In this document: positions 58,829 through 62,000 of the stretch, piece after piece
How the letters are laid out: the number at the start of each line of letters is the position of its first letter
How positions within the stretch are numbered: the first letter of the stretch is position 1
Assembly (NCBI RefSeq): GCF_000400465.1
Contig: NW_008806281.1
Coordinates: forward strand, 82,001-144,000
Reading direction: 5' to 3'
Length of the DNA: 62,000 bases
From: Wallemia ichthyophaga EXF-994
Taxonomy: Eukaryota; Fungi; Basidiomycota
Made by a program: the position numbers and the translations under genes
Notes under the pieces: generated by a model
Database searches by the model: none
Told to the model about the DNA's origin: nothing
What the model saw: only the letters and a program-made list of their open reading frames with translations

Positions 58829-59654
58829 TCAAAGCGTGCAGTAGTTGTGTTTGAGCAATCCATAGCTACCTTTCTGTGCGTACTTTGCGACACTCTGGCC
58901 AAGTTTCGCAGCCTCACTCTGTAACTTCTCCTCGGAGCATACAACGTCGACTATACCAACCTCATTCAGCTGCGGTGGAGTCCAGCGCCTGCAATCCAGT
59001 ATTGTCTGTCTGATCAGCTGCCAGTTGTTGAGGCGACGCATCAATACCGAAAGCATGCCCGGGGGAATGTTAGAGGCGAATCTGAAGACCTCTCAGCAAT
59101 ATCCCTGATGATACCCCCACTTACTCATTCTCATTCATGCAGAACCACCCTCTGCCGTTGGATTTACCGACGATATAGTCACAGCAGAGCGCCAAGACGA
59201 ATCCCATGGCGAAGGCGTGTCCATTGACGGCTGCGATTGTGGGCACTGTATGATATCAACATGCAAATGAAGACAGACATAGAGTTGACTCACAGGGGAA
59301 ACTGGATAAACGGAGAATGAAAGGGTCTAGAATACTGGCGAAGAACATCTTATCGTCCAGCGCCTTATCGAGTACTAAACCGTTGCTGAAGAATTTCAGC
59401 CCTGAACCCGTGAGAACCAGAGATGCAGCCGGATACAAGTCGCTACGAAGGGACCTCCAATGAGATTCTACATCATCTAAAGCCTTGGATAACCCCAAAT
59501 CGAGGAAATCCCTTTCAATTCGGTTCTCTGGCTGGCCATTAGACAATCTATTCATCGTAATCTTGTAGATGTTTGAATTTGGCATTGAGAGAGTACACAA
59601 GTGCTCTCCATTGTGCTTGTAGTGCTTATCTTGAAATACAACTATGTCGGACAT
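58829..59654 (-). CDS. Enoyl-CoA hydratase/isomerase family protein; 3' end uncertain
   Basis: KFFSNGL, PTIAAVNGHAFAMGFVLAL, MNENE. Confidence 0.8.
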
Positions 59655-59716
59655 GACTATACAGGTAATACCCGGTTATGGCTTCCTGGTTCACAGCCAC
59701 CACGCATACCGCCGCA

Positions 59717-60900
59717 ATGGATCAGAATCAGAATTTCAAAGTCGGTAGCCCAAATGTCTTCATCGAGGCTGCTAAGGATGCTCGTGAGTCTGCTATATTG
59801 CTGTGTCTTCTATTTTCTAACTCACCGGCAGTCTGGTCGCTACAAGCATGGCTCACCCAGTGTATGTCCAGCCGCACCAAAACTATCAATATAAACGGAA
59901 CTCAATATAATATCATAAAATACCTCTCAGAAGGCGCGTTCAGCTACGTGTATCTCGTCAGCGACGCGGACAACGTCTACGCGCTCAAGAAGATCACAAA
60001 CGGCGGCTTCGAAGGTGAAGTGGGATGCTACCAGCGATTCAAAAGCAAGTACATAATAAGTCTCCTCAACTACTCCATTCAAGATGGCGCTATCAACCTC
60101 ATCCTCCCCTACTTGAAGAAAGGCAACTTGCAGGACTATATCAATCTCAATTCCACCTTGGATGAGCGCATGTCGCTGCAACTGTTTAGTGGTGTGTGTC
60201 AGGGTGTGCAGGTGCTGCACAATCACTACCCCGCACACTCTCACTCCCGCTCTAGCTATCCTCCATCCTCAATTGACCAGGATGTCAACGACGAAGAGGG
60301 CGATCAACCTGGTCACGTCCCATACGCACACAGGGATATCAAACCAGGGTGGGTAGCCTTCGCCCACTATTACACCCCGCTGACCCAACTCATCCTCAAG
60401 GAATGTAATGCTCGCTGATGACGGCACACCCGTATTGATGGACTTGGGTAGCTGCATCAAGGCTAGAGTGCGCATTCATAACCGGTCACAAGCGCTCGTG
60501 CAGCAGGACATGGCAGCTGAGCACTCCTCTATGCCGTACAGGGCACCTGAGCTGTTCGATGTGAAATCGGATACCACTTTAGACGAGAAAGTCGACATAT
60601 GGGTGGGTGTTTATCGTAGCGAGGAATTTATCTTTCTGACATCAACAATAGTCTTTGGGTTGCACCCTCTATGCCCTCGCTTACTCTCACTCTCCATTTG
60701 AAGATCCAAAACAGGCCGCACAGGGTGGCTCTATTGCAATGGCTGCTCAGAGCGGCAGATTTACTTACCCTGCTAATGACACCCACTCGGATACATTCAA
60801 AGCAATTATAGAAGCTTGCTTGAAAATAGATCCTTCGAAAAGACCAACTATAAATCAACTCATCAGCATGACCGAACATGCCCTCAGTGTCGGTGTTTGA
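59717..60900 (+). CDS. ENV7: NAK-family Ser/Thr kinase (Env7/STK16-like)
   Basis: SEGAFSYVYLV, YAHRDIKPG, VLMDLGSC, MPYRAPELFDV, DIWSLGCTLY; start may be 59678. Confidence 0.85.
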
Positions 60901-61022
60901 GAGGCACTTCACATATGCACACGATGTCCACCTACTACACGTTTCAATCGCGATTAATATGTACTTTTACAAACCCAAATAAAAATGCACTATGATGCCA
61001 GAATGCCACTGCCCCTGCCACA

Positions 61023-62000
61023 CTAAAATCTAAATGGCCCCTGATTGCTCGATGATACACCCGGAGACAGCATACCGTTGTTGGTCGTGTATGGCGGTGG
61101 TGGAGACGTCGATGTATTCATCCCAAAAAACCCAGGCGACAGTCTCGGTGAGGGCATGTTAACGTTTGGAGATGTGATTGGAATGTGCATCTCCCCATCT
61201 TTGTCTGAATGCGGTTTGAATCGTTTAGGCAGCAGTCTGTCTAAAGTGCGAACTGCGAAACGAGAGCAACACCACACACCACCAATCAATGCCGTCAACC
61301 TGATGAGGAGCTTAGTGAATGACATAGTAGTTGCGTTCATTTGTAGATGAATTGGCTCGAGATCGTATCTGAAGAAAAGTCCCGGAATACCTCGCTGGTG
61401 GTTGCTGATGGTTTTAATATCCTCGCGTGCCGAGTACTGATTCGTCGAGAGAGAGTGCCCCGACGCGTCGACATACGTCGTTGGAACTACGTGCATGAAA
61501 TACTGGTATACTGGGAAATGGTTGTTTGAAATCTCGACACTTCTGTCGAGCGGCTGTGCTATGTAAGGGAAGTGCTGACCGAATGAGAATTCGTCGATAG
61601 TGTGAGAGAGGTTCATTACTGGGAAATATGTGAGTGTTTTACTTTTATGCAACAGCTCGACCAACATTTATGATCCGTGTGCTCCAGGCTGCTATAGCCA
61701 TGACCAAGAGTAGTGATATGCATGTTACCGTTGACCTTCTTGGTTTCGACGCTGCCGTAGAGTCTACATGCTGGACCATTCTTGATGGGTTTCTTGGTTT
61801 TCTTGAAACGATTACGCGTACCCGTAGGTCTGAACCACTTCCTGCCTTTCCTGCTATCCTTTACAATACGACTGAGGGTGCTCTGCTTGTCGTGGCCCAT
61901 CTGATGGTATTTCTCCGGCTCAAAGGTGGTACCATCCTTTTGTATTCTATCGCTCAGCTTCAGCCTGTCGCCTACAGCATCCCTTATGTCTACATTAAGG
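61023..62000 (-). CDS. ERV41: ER-Golgi vesicle protein Erv41-like; 5' end outside the window
   Basis: ACRLYGS, KVNGNMHITTLGHGY, NLSHTIDEFSFG, PLD, PGLFFRYDLEPI. Confidence 0.85.

Noticed and set aside
25721-59654. Peroxisomal gene cluster (acyltransferase, PEX16, enoyl-CoA isomerase)
   Set aside because: Genes are dispersed over more than 30 kb among unrelated loci.
59645-59730. Overlapping ATGs for the enoyl-CoA isomerase and ENV7 (CATG at 59652-59655)
   Set aside because: CATG arises whenever the base before an ATG is C; the required 61-nt intron lacks a clear branch site, and in-frame ATGs at 59678 and 59717 suffice.

Overview
Eukaryotic genomic DNA from a very gene-dense fungus. Short introns (about 35-70 nt), basidiomycete-type proteins and intergenic gaps often under 100 bp suggest a Wallemia-like basidiomycete; this taxonomy is inference only. 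The window holds about 35 intact housekeeping or hypothetical genes (HMT1, COQ6, tropomyosin, ARID protein, M20 peptidase, MTHFR, FEN1, CAP1, DER1, ULA1, carnitine acyltransferase, MAD2, BET4, MetRS, RAD2, PEX16, QRI7, BBP/SF1, CDC23, UBC8, ENV7, ERV41 and others) and one intron-containing tRNA-Pro(UGG). Main observations: (1) a decayed Argonaute pseudogene with six stops and three frameshifts but an intact DEDH tetrad, in a tRNA-centred island of decayed sequence; (2) an HMT1-type ABC transporter with a C-terminal 8-Cys cluster and at least nine identical 29-aa repeats, missed by the ORF track; (3) head-to-head genes with almost no intergenic DNA, including MAD2/BET4 with overlapping start codons; (4) a NuSAP-like gene with six TAA/TAG codons in one frame; (5) an apparent AT-AG first intron in UBC8. 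Exon boundaries were read by hand and are approximate unless stated.
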